A stretch of 64,000 nt of DNA from Phoronis australis (GCA_002633005.1 NMRA01000039.1:1243095-1307094), one strand, 5' to 3'. Positions 50,572 to 64,000 are shown, numbered from the stretch's first letter. Made by a program: numbers and translations. The notes: generated from the sequence alone by a model not told the origin.

Positions 50572-51566
50572 GTAAGTGCATGGTGATTATGGGTTGCCTT
50601 GTTGGGATGGAGGTGATGGGGGGATTGAGGTGATGGGGGGGATTGAGGTGATTGGGGGNNNNNNGGGGGGGGGGTTTGAGGTTATTCTCTTTGAAATAGT
50701 AGATGTAGAGCATTACTGAGTTCTAGTTTATTTTCAAATCATGTGAACTAACAAAAACACCGGCCACTAATTAAAAGTGATCACCAACATCGTGATGTTT
50801 CGATACTTAGAAAGATTTATAAGTTTATAAGTTGGTCTGTTCAATGAAGAGTTCAGTTTTCTGTTCTTAATGGAATGTTTTGAGGCTACTAATCAGTGGC
50901 TGCCAACATTTTTATGTTTATCGTAGACACCAAGAAAGATTTTACGAGTAAGTCTTTTATTGTATTGAAGAGTTTTTTATGTTCTTGATTAAAAGGCTGT
51001 TCATGGTTTGTTATTGTGTTTATTGTCTACTGAACAAATGTGCGATAGTGAAGGGTTCAGATAAAAATGTCAAATTGTCATCAAGTTATTACTTAACCAC
51101 TTCAGGTGTAACTATAGGTAATAGAGGCTGTTATGTAAAACGACAATAAATTTACGATGTTGGTTTATTGACCAAATTAGCATTAGCAAACTGTGAACGA
51201 TTGCTGATAACATTTTATATTTACATAATACCGTGTCCAATGTTTCGATGGACTGATTTAGCATCGAAACGTTGGACATTGTGTGTATAAATACAATATG
51301 TTATGAGTAATCATTCTCACACAGTAAGTTTGTATTATTGAATAGAGCCAGACTTCTATATACACTGTTTTCACATAAAGTTGTTTACGTTGTTAACTTT
51401 TAAAGACCCAGGAAACACTAATGACAGTACAAGACAAAAGTAATCAGACAACATACCGTTTTCCTGTCATAACGGCTAATTCTGTTAACAACAAAAATTG
51501 CTTGTAATTACAGAAGGACTTAGCAACCTTACTAAGTAAACTTCCATGTTAATTCCCTTCATTATT

Positions 51567-52061
51567 CAGGGCTTGGAATTTTCCGCGGAAACGCGGATTT
51601 CCGCTTTTTTCAAATGTGCTTTCCGCTTTTTTTATAATATTTCCGCGTAAAAAAATCGGATTTGATATAAAATTTCGGCGGCAAATTCCTTTCTTACCGC
51701 GGTGTTGCAGACTACGTTCACCTCGAAAAGCGGAAGTTGCTCTTTATGCTTCGGAGGAACGTAAATTGTCAACATTGCCGGGGCATCTGGGACAGCGTGG
51801 TGGGATTTTCAATGGCGTCTCGTGTTATTGTTAAGCGCGGCGACAAATACTACCGCTCTGCAGCCAAAAATGTGTGGGTTGGGAGCGGACGGGCGAGCTA
51901 AAAGGACGCAGACGCATGCTACTGATGGTGGTAACGTTTTTTTAGTCCTCCCGATTTTTGTCGGGGAAAGGTTCACATTGACCATTACAAGGCTGGTTAT
52001 CGGGCATGATTTGGACCGTAAAAGTTTCCGCGTTTTTTGTCATTGGTCATTCCAAGCCCTG
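51567..52061. mobile_element. hAT-like MITE with 6-bp TSD
   Basis: Perfect 13-bp TIR CAGGGCTTGGAAT/ATTCCAAGCCCTG, flanked by ATTATT at 51561-51566 and 52062-52067. Confidence 0.8.
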
Positions 52062-53966
52062 ATTATTGTTCATTATGGAAAACTACTGTGATGATGAATC
52101 CAACTTCTCCCCAACTGTCATGAAGGGGAATTCCTTGTCATTTTGTCTGAGAATACCTTTTTCTTGTACTGTATGTCTACCTGAAATCTCAAACTGGAAT
52201 AAATTAAGTTTGCAGCAACAGATCTTCCCCTTGAACCAATCAGTGAACTCCCTTTGGCCCATTCTGTAGTGAAGTGTTGTTAAGCGTACTAACTGCACTG
52301 AAATGGTAAAACGAAGGATTACAGCGCCAAAACATAAATCAAACGCGATGGTTTTCCAAGATGGCACTGACTGATGCTTTAGACATCTGATAAATCCTCG
52401 AATCGTTAAAACACTCTGCAAAATGCAGTTGCTTGAAAGTGTTGACATCATGCATATCAAAAGTGATAAGCAAGTATTGTTTCCTGGTGATGAGGGGTGA
52501 TGACCTGTCGTTAAACGTCATTTCGGCGGGTTTGATGGTGAATTCCGTTTACTATAAAATCTCAACAGCTTAGGGCACAATATGGCCGACAGGTGAAATA
52601 TTATTTTCGCATTTTTCTATGAAAAATTTTAACTCCTAATTAATACCTTGATGTATTCAAGTCCAGGATAATAGAAAATACAAGATAGTATTTTGAAAAA
52701 TTGTGGACATTCACTACAAAATTAGAAGCCCTTGAAGATTATTGAGATCTTACTGTACATTGAGCCCCAAAAACGTGGAATTCCACTTGCAGTCACTCAT
52801 TGTGATGGGAATTCCATTTCTTTTTGGCTTATACCTGAATACCCTTTAGCGTCCACTGTAATAGCGTTGTGAATTTTGAAATAATATGCTCGTTGTTTGC
52901 TCTGTGTTATTGGAATTTTCTGCAATTGGCAGATTTATTTTTTTTACATTTAATTTCAGTGTCATTGCACTACTTACTAACAACCTGACACCTATGTTAT
53001 TGAGTCATTAATAATTTCAAATTGTAGAGAAACGCTAAAAGTTCTCACTTAGTGGGTGCCTTGACCTTTTGTAAAATTTCTCAACAACATCAAGTTTTCA
53101 GGACATTTTACTTTGTTCTTAGCACGGTGTCTATTGTGTAGCTGTCAACAAACAATAGTTGACATACTTTTTGGTATGTGCAGTCATGTTGTTAGCCTCT
53201 GAAAAATTGAAAAATCACTCTTCAAGCAGTTATTTTTGTTCAAAATAAAAGAATTGTTACGATACTTATTGTTACCTGCTTATGATCCTGTCCCATAATG
53301 CATCAGTGTGGTGCGATTAACAGGAAATGATGGATTCTTATTGCGAATTTTTAGAAGTTTTATGAACACCATTGGTCATGCTTTGACAACTATTACATTG
53401 CTAACATAGTTGCAGTTATGTTTTAAGTATTTTTCTGAAAACAGAAAGCCTGTAGAATTTACCAATCTGTTATTAATTGGGTCATGTGACCATGTCTTTT
53501 AGTAAAATTTAGCAAAAAAGGAAGGTAAATTGGATAGCGAAAAAACGCTATCAAAACATGATTTTATTAGATTTAGATTAAATGTTCAAGGTGAGATCTC
53601 GAAAACACTGTTACAGTTTTGCAAAATAGTTTGTTATTGTTTTCATGAAAATCACAAAGATCCAAGGAAATGCTTTAAGGTATTGGGTTTAACGAACCGT
53701 AACATTGTGAATTCAAACATAACGCTCCCATGGCAAGATACATAATGAGACCAGTTTTACGACTGTATAAGACCCAATTCGGTTTTCTTTTTATTGCCTC
53801 CTACACAGGGCAAAATGCAGCTTAAAATGATAGTTCCAAGTGCAGAGAATGTTTCGATAGAAAAGTGAAAAATTAGTTGAAACATTTTCCATCTGGTCAT
53901 CTGTGCCAATGTGTGCGCCATTCTTGGTCATCTGTCCCATTGTTTGCACCGTGCTTTACTCTTCAG

Positions 53967-54249
53967 CTTGCCGGGTTCGAGTACAAACTAGACAAGAAAA
54001 GTGATGCAGCGAAAGACGCACGACACTCGGGAACGATAGGCAAGATCTTGGCGGATGCAGAGAATTCCCCAGAGCTCGCGGACAAGGTCAAGATCGCCTT
54101 TGCTGAAGGTTACCTAGCACACGATAAGCGGGAGTCACCTGAACCGGCCAAGCCCAGTCTTCTGGCCCGCATCACTCGGGGTCTCGTGTACATCGCTTGC
54201 TTCTGGTTAATCATCCAGCTGTTCCAAGTCATGAGCTCCATGGGAGGGG
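53967..54249 (+). CDS. YME1L1: YME1L1 exon 6 (includes TM helix)
   Basis: KVKIAFAEGYL motif followed by hydrophobic GLVYIACFWLIIQLFQVM. Confidence 0.9.
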
Positions 54250-54592
54250 GTAAGTAGAATGTGCTGCTGCTGCTGCTGCTGTTGTCTACTTCTTGGAAAA
54301 CCGAGATTGTTAAATGACAAGTTTTACATTTATCTATTGTTTGGTGGCCAGACGAAGTTTTGGACCTGCTAAACTGAGGCTAGCAATGTACCTGTTATGA
54401 CATTTGACGGATAAGACATTGGTGAAAAGTTACAAGTTTTCATTACAAATGCTGCCAGTTTGCTCAAAGTAAAAGTCAAGTCAAAAGCCCAGAAATGTTT
54501 AACTATCAGCAAGATTCTTCCAGAATCTTTACGAAGTTATTAATTTGCATACATCACTGTTGTCTTCGTCACCAAGGTCCAGTTGTATGAAT

Positions 54593-54730
54593 GTCTGCTG
54601 AACTTGAGGTCACACTAAGATTGACTTTGATTGAAGGTCTGTTGAACCTTAGGTCACACTAAGATTAACTTTGATTTAAGGTCTCTTGAACCTTAGGTCA
54701 CACTAAGATTGACTTTGATTGAAGGTCTGA
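54593..54730. repeat. 44-bp tandem repeat, 3 copies
   Basis: GTCACACTAAGATT at 54609, 54653 and 54697. Confidence 0.9.
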
Positions 54731-54752
54731 ATGACAGTTACTTTAATTGCAG

Positions 54753-54838
54753 GCATGCGAGGCCTGGGTATCATGACCAGGGAACACTTTGAAGTCAATC
54801 CTGAGGAAATAACCGTATCATTCGCCGATGTGTGTGGG
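54753..54838 (+). CDS. YME1L1: YME1L1 exon 7
   Basis: ...EVNPEEITVSFADVCG, the start of the FtsH AAA domain. Confidence 0.92.
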
Positions 54839-55221
54839 GTAAGTGGAGTTGATTAACTTAGTAGTTATATTGAGTAGCAGCGTTTCAAAAATGGTCATCT
54901 TCAAAGTACCGTCGTATAAAATATGCCGGAGGTGTGAGCTCAATTCTGACGACAGTGTAATCATAGAAAACAAGAAGTGGACTTAATTTGTTGCCTGGAT
55001 ATCTAAATTATATGGAAACACTCGACCCTCGCCATGTTAGAATGCAAAAGAAATGAACCCGTATGTTCAAAATATAGGGCATCAGGATTAAGGAATGAGA
55101 CAGCAGAATAGCGGATTTGCAGCGATGCCATATTGAAATTAGGTTACAATGGTGCATTGTGGGTGCTGTGGTCAGGATTCCGAAAGCGGCCATAGTAGGC
55201 CTATCAAGCATAATACGCAGT

Positions 55222-56472
55222 ATGAGCGCGAAGAAAACATATGGCGGATACACTTGTTGTGTTCCTGGCTGCTTCAAAAACAACAAGAGAGATAAAAATC
55301 TGAGTTTTTATGTGTTCCCTGCAAACCAAGAACTTAGTGAAAAATGGATAAACAACATTAGGAGAGCTGGGAGTAAGGGGAGATTTAGCACATTCAAACC
55401 AACGCGGAGCCATCTAGTAGGCAGCACGTAGCCCCTCGGTTGGCCATATAAGGGCTACAATACTTCCATTCGCTTTCTGTACTCATTTCCTTACTTCAGT
55501 GTATTTTAAACGGGCCGTGACTGGATTCAGATTACCGATTTCGAGTTTTCACCTCGTCAAAAATACATTCTACACTTAAAACTATCATTTAAAAAAAGCT
55601 TACTTTCATCATTGGTCCTTTCTACTTCTATACATATCTTAAGCTTAGTTGTGAGAATTAAGTTGAGTTTGGCGAAGAATTACAACTTCACTTTTTTGGT
55701 TGCCGTTAATTTTATCACCGCATGCGCGATAACCATAAAGCATGTCAACTGAGTCACGTGAGTTAGGCAAAGGTTAACGCGAGACTCAGCGAAGCACGTG
55801 ACGCTAGCGCGTGACACTTGTAAAATAGCATGAGAAGGTATCGGGTGAAACTTGTAAGATGTGTGTCCCTTAGACTTTTTATTCGTAAACATGTGTAATT
55901 TCACGTAACTTTCTCGAAATGGCACCCGGTAACTGAGAGAAACTCGAGCAAACCGCGACAGATTTTCATCGATTCGTTCAAGTTTTGCTGACTAAATTGT
56001 ATCCAGAGTCGTGGTATGTGTTAATTATAACTCCGTGTTCCTATATGTAGGGTTCATTTGATTTTATTTACTGTATTTTGAAATTAGTAACTTTTTGTGA
56101 GGATGTACTATCGCCCCTGAATGCCTGCGGCATCCAGTGCGATGTAATTGCCTAGGGGCCATCGTGTGTGCAGCGAACATTTTCCTGGTGGAAAAAAGAC
56201 GCATGAGAACAACATTCCGACGGAGTTTACTCTTAAAATTAACGTCTCTAGCATATCCACGGCGAAAGATACAAAATTTAAGCAACCCAAGAACTATCAA
56301 CTTGTCTGAAACCGGAGGAGATTTCGAAATCAACGCCGATAGTCCCAATACTGAACATGACGACAGTCGTGCCCTCGGTCACACGGTCACTGATCATAGC
56401 TACGCTGTGTTTACAAACGAGAGAAAGGACTTGCTTGGTATTATAAAGCAAAAAATGAAACATGGTTTTTAG
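55222..56472 (+). pseudogene. Disrupted THAP-domain gene / transposon remnant in YME1L1 intron 7
   Basis: MSAKKTYGGYTCCVPGC...FYVFP.....KWINNIRR...FKPTRSH (55222-55414) continues as RVCSEHFPGGKKTHENNIPTEF from 56164. After a frameshift comes ...PRRK...DHSY (56392-56403). Together this is a C2CH THAP domain plus a DHxY motif. Confidence 0.8.
55415..56155. mobile_element. ~740-bp insertion with 8-bp TSD splitting the THAP domain
   Basis: GAGCCATC (55407-55414) and GGGCCATC (56156-56163) flank it; short TAGGCA/TGCCTA inverted ends. Excision restores the reading frame. Confidence 0.7.
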
Positions 56473-57879
56473 TTTGCAAATCACTCCAACTGCACACACT
56501 ATCCAGCCTGCTCAAGACATGCCTGACCACAAGCTATCCCATGAGCCTTCGCGCAGGAAGTAACTCGCACATGCGCAATGCGTAGTTCGTTTGCGCTGCA
56601 AATCCGCTATTGAGGGAATCTCATGCATTCTGCTGGTAATTAATAAAATTTTCAATAACCTAAATTTATTCATGGTCTTATTCCTCAGAGAGGAAATCAC
56701 TGAAAGTAACGTGTGAGTGATTAGATTTATATTGGTGACCAATTGTGGAGTGAGCGGGCACGTTGTCAGTAGTAACCCTAGCATATGACATCTTTTGCAA
56801 TTGCTTGTTTTGAAGCAACGCTACTATAAGTTCGTTAGGAGCGTCAATGAATATTCCTGTTAATGTACTTGAAAACATTTCAGCAAATAGTTTAAACTAT
56901 GAACATATCTTGTATGTTTAGGGTAACAACAGAGACCTCCTTGAGTGAATTTCGGGAAATCTTGTAGATGACTGCGTGATCAAAACTTAGCTCAGTTTGA
57001 CTGAAAATTTCTACCACAACAGTATTGCTTGAAGTGGAAGCTTTAATTAGTTTATTTGTCTACTGAACACCCGGACCACAAACAACTCGAGCTTAAAAAT
57101 TGCATTAAACACGAAAACGCAGAATTTTTACAGTCACCTTGGAAACAGCTCAGTTCACTCATATTTTTTTGACAATGTGCTGTCAAAAATATCAAACTTG
57201 TAATAATCACGCCTTTTATGAATGACTTGATTGACAAAGCATCAATTAAGGAATGCCAGTGCTAATTAGGCTAAGCTGAAAAGCATGTTTACCTGTTAAA
57301 ACATTTTTACAATTTTAAACTGAAGTTGAACAAGTTTATAAGCACAATTCTAAGGGATACCTCGGAAACAAATGCGAATAAATGGAGAGATCTGCTTGTA
57401 GTGTCTTTAGTTATTATCCAAAAATGCCCAGAACGGTTATTGTCTTTTTTGTTATTATGTTTTTCAAGTTTTTAATCGTAATTGTTATGCAATATTATGT
57501 ATTAGATAAGAATTTTCGTGTCAGTTAATTTTTACATGTGTTTGAGTATCGACCTATATTGATATTTCCGTTGTATATAAGCCTCTTATTTGCTTACTTA
57601 GCTCCTCCATCATATAAGCATGGGGTTAGTGTGTGTATGAAAGGTGCATCAACTCCTTCCCCCGGCCCCTTTTCTCTGTTAAGTTACATTTTATTGCTCT
57701 TTAAATGTTGTCTTTGGATACATTTATCGTTTATTGTCTTGAAAAGGCTAGATCCAACCTCAGGCTGGCTTTTCTTTAGTGTTTGAGCAATAGATGTATA
57801 AAAAAAGAGAAAAGAATGTGCATGACATTCCTGTGATATTTTGAATTGCAAACGTAAACGTGTTGAACTTCTTTTATAG

Positions 57880-57970
57880 GTGGATGAAGCTAAAGATGAG
57901 CTGCAAGATATGGTGGATTTCTTAAAAGAGCCAGAAAAGTACACAAATCTGGGAGCCAAGCTGCCCAAGG
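57880..57970 (+). CDS. YME1L1: YME1L1 exon 8
   Basis: [31 protein letters not shown]. Confidence 0.95.
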
Positions 57971-58737
57971 GTACAGTTTCTACTCAGTGTGTGCTGTGGT
58001 TGACAACAGGGTCTCAATGACATGTCAGATATAGCAGAGACCTGTTTTTCGTATTCAAAATACAGAAATATGTTTCAGCAAAATTCTGTTTTCTTCTGTT
58101 CTGCTAATTATCAAATTCTGTTTCATTGATTTGACTTGATAAATAACACAAACATTGTGTGTGAATTGCATTATTTTCTTGGAGGATCACATCACCGCTC
58201 GCTGTTTTACTGATAGCTTGTGCGCCGTGATTATTGTTTCTCAAAAGAGGAAAAAGAACAGTGTCAGCCCATTGTCAACATGAATGAATAACTACTTGAA
58301 CATATCTGCTTCAAAATGAGCGTCGATCAGTTTATGACCAGACTTGTTGAATTTGATGGATTGTATTCTTAATTTTTGGCAATTAACAATCTGAAATGTA
58401 AGAATTATGGTATACATGCCAATTATGAACAATCTAAATTCCATTCAAAATCTTCAATTCCATGAAACAAACCAGGTTCCATGAATTCTGTCCATTTCCA
58501 TTATTTCAGAAAACCAAGGTCTCTGATATTAGTGCATGAATCTAAATACCCACATATACGATATCAAATTTAGAGCCAGGTGCAATACCATCTAATATTG
58601 ACGAAAAATTTAGATAACGGTATTGTTTTATTGTGCCAAAAGTTTCACATGGTTGATAATCTATTTCCTTGTAGAGTTTGCCGGTTTGTTGTAATTTGCT
58701 TAAAATTTTTCAGTGTATTGCTTTATGGCTACATTAA

Positions 58738-58929
<192 letters not shown>

Positions 58930-59418
58930 TAGTTGAACTCACTTCTAGTAATGACCTCCTCATGGTTTAGTTGTTAGAAATTGTTAGATTTGCTAGATTT
59001 TGCACAACCACCATGTTGAATTAGTATAAAATATTTTCAATTTCTCCATCGTAGATTATTATATTCAACGATTAAAATGCTGTCTAGAAACAATTATAGT
59101 TTTTTGCCAAGTTATGTTCTAGGCTTTGTTTGTTAGTCTGAAAAATTCACTTGTTGTGGCTTAGGAATCTAATCCAGAATCTCCTGAGCTCTAGTTCTGC
59201 ATTCTGACCACAGAGCTATTGAGACCGTGCTTAGAACATGCGGTACATTTCGCTCAAAGCTGATATGACTGCTGAATCAAGTCTTTCAAGATTGATAGTA
59301 TTGAATATGATGCGGAAATATAGATCACAGACATTTTTAAGTCTGGTATGTACGCCACCTGTTGTTCACATCATGTGACCTGTAAAGATTGTGATCTACA
59401 TTTTTGTGCTGGTTCAAG

Positions 59419-59730
59419 ATTTACATTTATACATACACTCACGAGTTGAAGGATGGTATAGCTGCTGCTAAGTCTGATTGGATTTACATTACACTCACGA
59501 GTTGAAGGATGGTATAGCTGCTGCTAAGTCTGATTGGATTTACATTTAGACATACACTCACGAGTTGAAGGATGGTATACCTGCTGCTAAGTCTGATTGA
59601 ATTTACATTTAGACATACACTCACGAGTTGAAGGATGGTATACCTGCTGCTAAGTCTGATTGAATTTACATTTAGACATACACTCACGAGTTGAAGGACG
59701 GTATACCTGCTGCTAAGTCTGATTGGATTT
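59419..59730. repeat. 63-bp minisatellite, ~5 copies
   Basis: Unit TACATTTAGACATACACTCACGAGTTGAAGGATGGTATACCTGCTGCTAAGTCTGATTGAATT, e.g. at 59541 and 59604. Confidence 0.92.
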
Positions 59731-59865
59731 CTGTGTTCGATTTGTGGACTGTGCAGTTAGCAGAAGGTCCCAGGTTCTGGTCCCCGTCAGAGCAGAAATC
59801 TTTTCAAACTTGTTTTCATTAGGTCAGGTGATAGGGCCAACAGATGACGTGCAAACCAGACTTAA

Positions 59866-60039
<174 letters not shown>

Positions 60040-60894
60040 TAGGTAAACATGGTGTAAGAAGTGCTCTTTCTCCGGAATAAGGAATCTTCTTCCAAAGTCC
60101 ACTTGCCTATGATCCTGTCACAGTTTACCTGAAATCTATCCATGAAGTGTTCCAGTCACCTTCCCTCTTTGGCCATGGGGGGTTCAAGTCATTTCTCATT
60201 TTTCCTTGTGAGATGTGGGAGTCCATGGCCATCTCAGCGTGTGGACTGTTTGAGTCAATTCCCATCTTTGCTCATGGGATGTTTGAGTTAATTCCCATCT
60301 TTACCCACGAAATGTTTGAATCGTAACCCATTTTTGTTCACTGGATGTTCAAGTCAACTCTTATTTTTTCTCCTGTTGAACTTTCATATTTCATCATGGG
60401 ATTTAAGCACAATCTTGCTTAATAACAGTTTGCTCCAAGCTGTCTCAAATTTTGCTGCAGCAGTATATCAAGCAGGGGAGACAATCTTGCCATGTCATGT
60501 TCCAAACACTCTCATTACCAGTGTTCCTTTGTCACTAATGCAGTTCATTAAGAAGAGCAGTTTTCTACTTACAAATTGGGTTGTTCTGTTTTTACAAACT
60601 CATTTTCTTCTTGTAATCCGTGTCTGAATTAATTTATGAGTTGCACTATGCAGCACGTGCTCGCTACAGTGTATAAAGTCTGTCTATTCATGATGGCGTT
60701 ATACAGTTTATAAAAAAGATGGATTCTTAAAAATAGAAGTGCGACACGTCAGAAAGTAATTGCATTTCGTTAGAGAAGAAGTACATTTATGAGAAAGTAA
60801 CGCAGTTCAGAAGAACAGTTTGTTTTCAATGAGAAAGGACGATTGTCTATCGTGGGAAATGAACACTCAAGATTTATCGCTTTATTTGTTGCAG

Positions 60895-60957
60895 TTTCCA
60901 TCAGAATGAAGGTGTCATTGTTCTTGGAGCAACGAATAAGAGGGAAAATCTAGACAA
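60895..60957 (+). CDS. YME1L1: YME1L1 exon 11
   Basis: FHQNEGVIVLGATNKRENLD (start of the second region of homology). Confidence 0.95.
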
Positions 60958-61096
60958 GTGAGTATGTTTTGTCAAGGGTCAAATTATAAAGTAATGAACT
61001 ATGATCTGGTATATGTCTATCTGTTTGTCTGTATTTTTAAGCAAGAGTTTTTTGAACAATTGTCTTTCTTGATACATTGATATGGCTTGTTTTCAG

Positions 61097-61209
61097 AGCA
61101 CTCTTGAGACCGGGGCGGTTTGATGTCGAAGTGCGGGTATTTCCACCCGACCTGAAGGGTCGTATTGACATCATCAATCTCTATCTGAAAAGAGTCAAGC
61201 GGAGTCCAG
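61097..61209 (+). CDS. YME1L1: YME1L1 exon 12
   Basis: ALLRPGRFDVEVRVFPPDLKGRIDII (arginine fingers). Confidence 0.96.
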
Positions 61210-61307
61210 GTGGGTGAAAGATATAGTGTTCTATAAATGATGTCAGTCGTGTATACGGACATATATCATTTGTATTAATTTTGTGTGAGTGAGTAGCTAG
61301 TTATAAA

Positions 61308-61445
61308 TGTATTGTAACTGTACACACATGTACAATATATCGTATTGTAACTGTACACGCATGTACAATATATCGTATTGTAACTGTACACGCATGTACA
61401 ATATATCGTATTGTAACTGTACACACATGTACAATATATCGTATT
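61308..61445. repeat. 33-bp minisatellite, 4 copies
   Basis: Unit GTATTGTAACTGTACACRCATGTACAATATATC. Confidence 0.92.
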
Positions 61446-62169
61446 TACAAGTTTGCAAGGTGACGCTAGTGTGACATCCAACAATAAATACGAATCATTA
61501 TACCACAAACATATACCATTGCAGTGTATTAATCAATTCCTTCCATAAGTCTTGAAACATGTTTTTATATTATTTTCTCTTGAAAGTATTTCCAATTTTT
61601 GCCAATATTATTATGTTGTTGACGTAGAAAGTGGCGCTCATGTACTAGACGCTACTCAGTGTATCCTCTTTGGTTTGAACTATTGTTTGTCGTAAATACA
61701 TGTGACAGCCGCATTTTGTAAGTTTTAGGAATCCATTTTGTTTGGTTCTTAATAGGGAATTTAATGAATTCTAAGTGCATTGATCAATTATTTCTTCAAT
61801 CATCTGGTAGTCATTTTTTGATGAAAATAAGATCTCAACTATTCATGCTTGAGTTTCGCAGAATCATATTTCAGAAATTGTTTCTGTTTTTTTTTTTTTG
61901 AATTGACCATTTTTGGATTAATTGATACTAGTCTGCTGCAGTTTAAGAAATACCTCGAAGAGACGGTCTTTTCTTATGATTTCCTATAGTGTGCCAGCTA
62001 GAGTTCATACATCTGTGAAATTTGAGCCACCTATATTTCAATGGTGTAGACACTCAGCTTGTTTACGTTCATACTCCTTTGAGGCACAAGAGATTCACAG
62101 TATTCGCAACAAGTCTGAATGAACATCTTGATCAAGCTGGGAGTCCAACTTTGGTCATATGTGTTGTAG

Positions 62170-62325
62170 AAATTGATGTGGACAAGCTTGGACGAGGGAC
62201 AACAGGTTTCTCCGGTGCCGACCTTGAAAATTTAGTGAATCAGGCAGCACTGAAGGCGGCCATGGACAACTGTGAAGTAGTTACTATGGACCATCTGGAG
62301 TTTGCCAGGGACAAGATCCTAATGG
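62170..62325 (+). CDS. YME1L1: YME1L1 exon 13
   Basis: IDVDKLGRGTTGFSGADLENLVNQAALKAA...FARDKILMG. Confidence 0.96.
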
Positions 62326-62972
62326 GTAGGTGGACGGTGGTCATTTATTACGTAATGTTAGTGGAGAACTGTGGAGTTTGATAAAGTCGAGGTCTTTTAT
62401 GTGTAGGTGGTGGGCATTGGTCACTTAGTGGACAACAGTGGAACATCTGTACTTTGTGAGGGTCAAAATTGACCCCGCCTCATTTCAGTTATAAGTACGT
62501 CTTAGATAGTTATTTTATGTCCTAGCAATTACTGAAATTCAATGGGAGATAATGTCCGATTTAAACTGATGTAAAGCGAGTATGGAGACGATTTAAAACT
62601 CCAAATGGACCTCCTTTAAACTCTACTCTGTACATAGTCATAGAAAACTGGAAGCCTTTACTCACTTCTGGCAAGTGCTAAGTCAACACAGAACAAGTCT
62701 CACTCATTGAAACACCCACGTGTGCCATGGTAATAGCAGCCCTAGTTGTGAAACCAGGAAGTGTTGGCTTAACCTCAGTTTAAGGCGGCACGCAGCAGCA
62801 TCTTTTCAAAGTATTTGTTTTCATTGGTTCGTGTTGCTAGCTAGGGTATCTAGGATTGAGTCAAGGTGTCCTTTTGGTCACGCTGGACGCTCTCTAAATG
62901 AATACCTGCTTACCAAGCACAATCTGGGTCTTTAAGTATGTTATACGTTATGTTTGCGTTATCTTTTTCAAG

Positions 62973-63124
62973 GGCCTGCAAAAAAGACTAAAATTCCTGA
63001 CGAAGAGACCAACTTGATAACGGCATATCACGAAGCTGGGCACACACTCGTGGCGTTCTTCACGAAGGATGCCACGCCGCTTCACAAAGTGACCATCATA
63101 CCACGCGGCATGTCTCTAGGTCAT
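62973..63124 (+). CDS. YME1L1: YME1L1 exon 14 (M41 zinc-binding HEAGH)
   Basis: [38 protein letters not shown]; CAT|GTAAGT donor. Confidence 0.97.
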
Positions 63125-63189
63125 GTAAGTAACAACTAGTGCTGTATACTGTTGGCCATCATAAAATTAATGTCGACTTATGTTATTTG

Positions 63190-63556
63190 CAGATGCACGA
63201 CAAGTTCTTGAGAGAGGTAATGTTCTCTTTCAGAGGTGTACAATAAAATATTACCGATCTTGTTATATGGTTCTGAGATTTGGGGATTTCACCCAGCACA
63301 AGACATTGAAATCGTACAAAATAAATTTTGCAAATTTTTGTTGGGACTTGGTCAGCATGTCTCAAACGCTGCAGTGAGGGGAGAGCTTGGTAGAGTGACA
63401 ATGAAGGTACATCTATTATTGAGAATTGTTAAATACTGGTTAAAAATTATCAATTTGCCAAGCCATCGTTATGTTAGGGTATGCTACAATGTGCAATATG
63501 AAATGGCTGAACAAAATAAGTCTTGCTGGGCTCTAAATGTTAAACGATTGTTATAG
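63190..63556 (+). mobile_element. LINE fragment (region C-terminal to the RT core, RTE/RTEX-like)
   Basis: ILPILLYGSEIWG...KFCKFLLGL....SNAAVRGELGR...VKYWLKI is a typical post-RT segment of non-LTR retrotransposons. Truncated and intronic. Confidence 0.75.
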
Positions 63557-64000
63557 TCGGTGGGCCAGATTTTGTAGGGCCTCTAGAAAATGGTTTTTGT
63601 GAGTACTTTAGGGGGGCAATTTATTATGGTGTTTTTTAATTCATTTATTAGAGTGTTTTCAAAATCTAAAAAGTTCCCACATATAAAGTTGCACATTTTT
63701 GAGAAATTTGAGTTTAAAGTTACATAATAATCACCAAAGAGCTTAGTAAACTTATATTTGTAAAAACAACAGTTTTGGTGACTTTTTTGTAAAACAAGTA
63801 ATATGGTCCCATCAGTGCCATTGTATTGAACAATATTACGCTCACATTACACGTTTTACTATTGTAAATTAATTGTAAACAGTGAAATTTAAAAAACGTA
63901 AAGAGACACCTAGTGGCAAAAATGCAAACTAAGTCTGAATGTTACTAGGAAGTTATTCTGGCATTGTCAGGCAACAAAAATAACACAAAACACTTGAGAC

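Noticed and set aside
271-50664. N runs at 271-272, 3819-3834, 23530, 39203 and 50659-50664 as biological features
   Set aside because: They almost all abut G/C homopolymers and look like sequencing or assembly ambiguities.
59419-59730. CRISPR-like array or repeat protein
   Set aside because: Units are head-to-tail with no unique spacers, lie in a eukaryotic intron, and there are no cas genes. The same applies to 41751, 54593 and 61308.

Overview
Eukaryotic animal genomic DNA (GT-AG introns, about 39% GC by eye, MITE/SINE-rich, short N runs beside G/C homopolymers); it looks like an invertebrate, but the species cannot be named from sequence alone. Four genes are confidently recognisable. 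(1) SDHAF3/ACN9: first coding exon on the minus strand, rest outside the window. (2) An intronless class A GPCR on the minus strand with non-canonical TM2/TM6/TM7 motifs. (3) A two-exon Sp5/buttonhead zinc-finger gene on the minus strand, with TCF/LEF sites upstream. (4) YME1L1, the mitochondrial i-AAA protease: 14 exons on the plus strand, running off the right end. Splice-phase reconstruction also suggests an uncharacterised plus-strand gene of at least 431 aa (7.1-14.0 kb), a possible small two-exon plus-strand gene (22.1-28.3 kb), and an antisense coiled-coil gene or pseudogene nested in its intron. Mobile DNA includes two inverted ~1.6 kb TTAA-flanked Kolobok-type elements bracketing Sp5, several MITE families with 5-bp or 6-bp TSDs, a THAP-domain remnant split by a nested insertion inside a YME1L1 intron, tRNA-derived SINE heads, a LINE RT fragment and minisatellites. 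No CRISPR, rRNA or clear tRNA gene was seen, and nothing here amounts to a demonstrably new biological system; the best leads are ranked in the findings.
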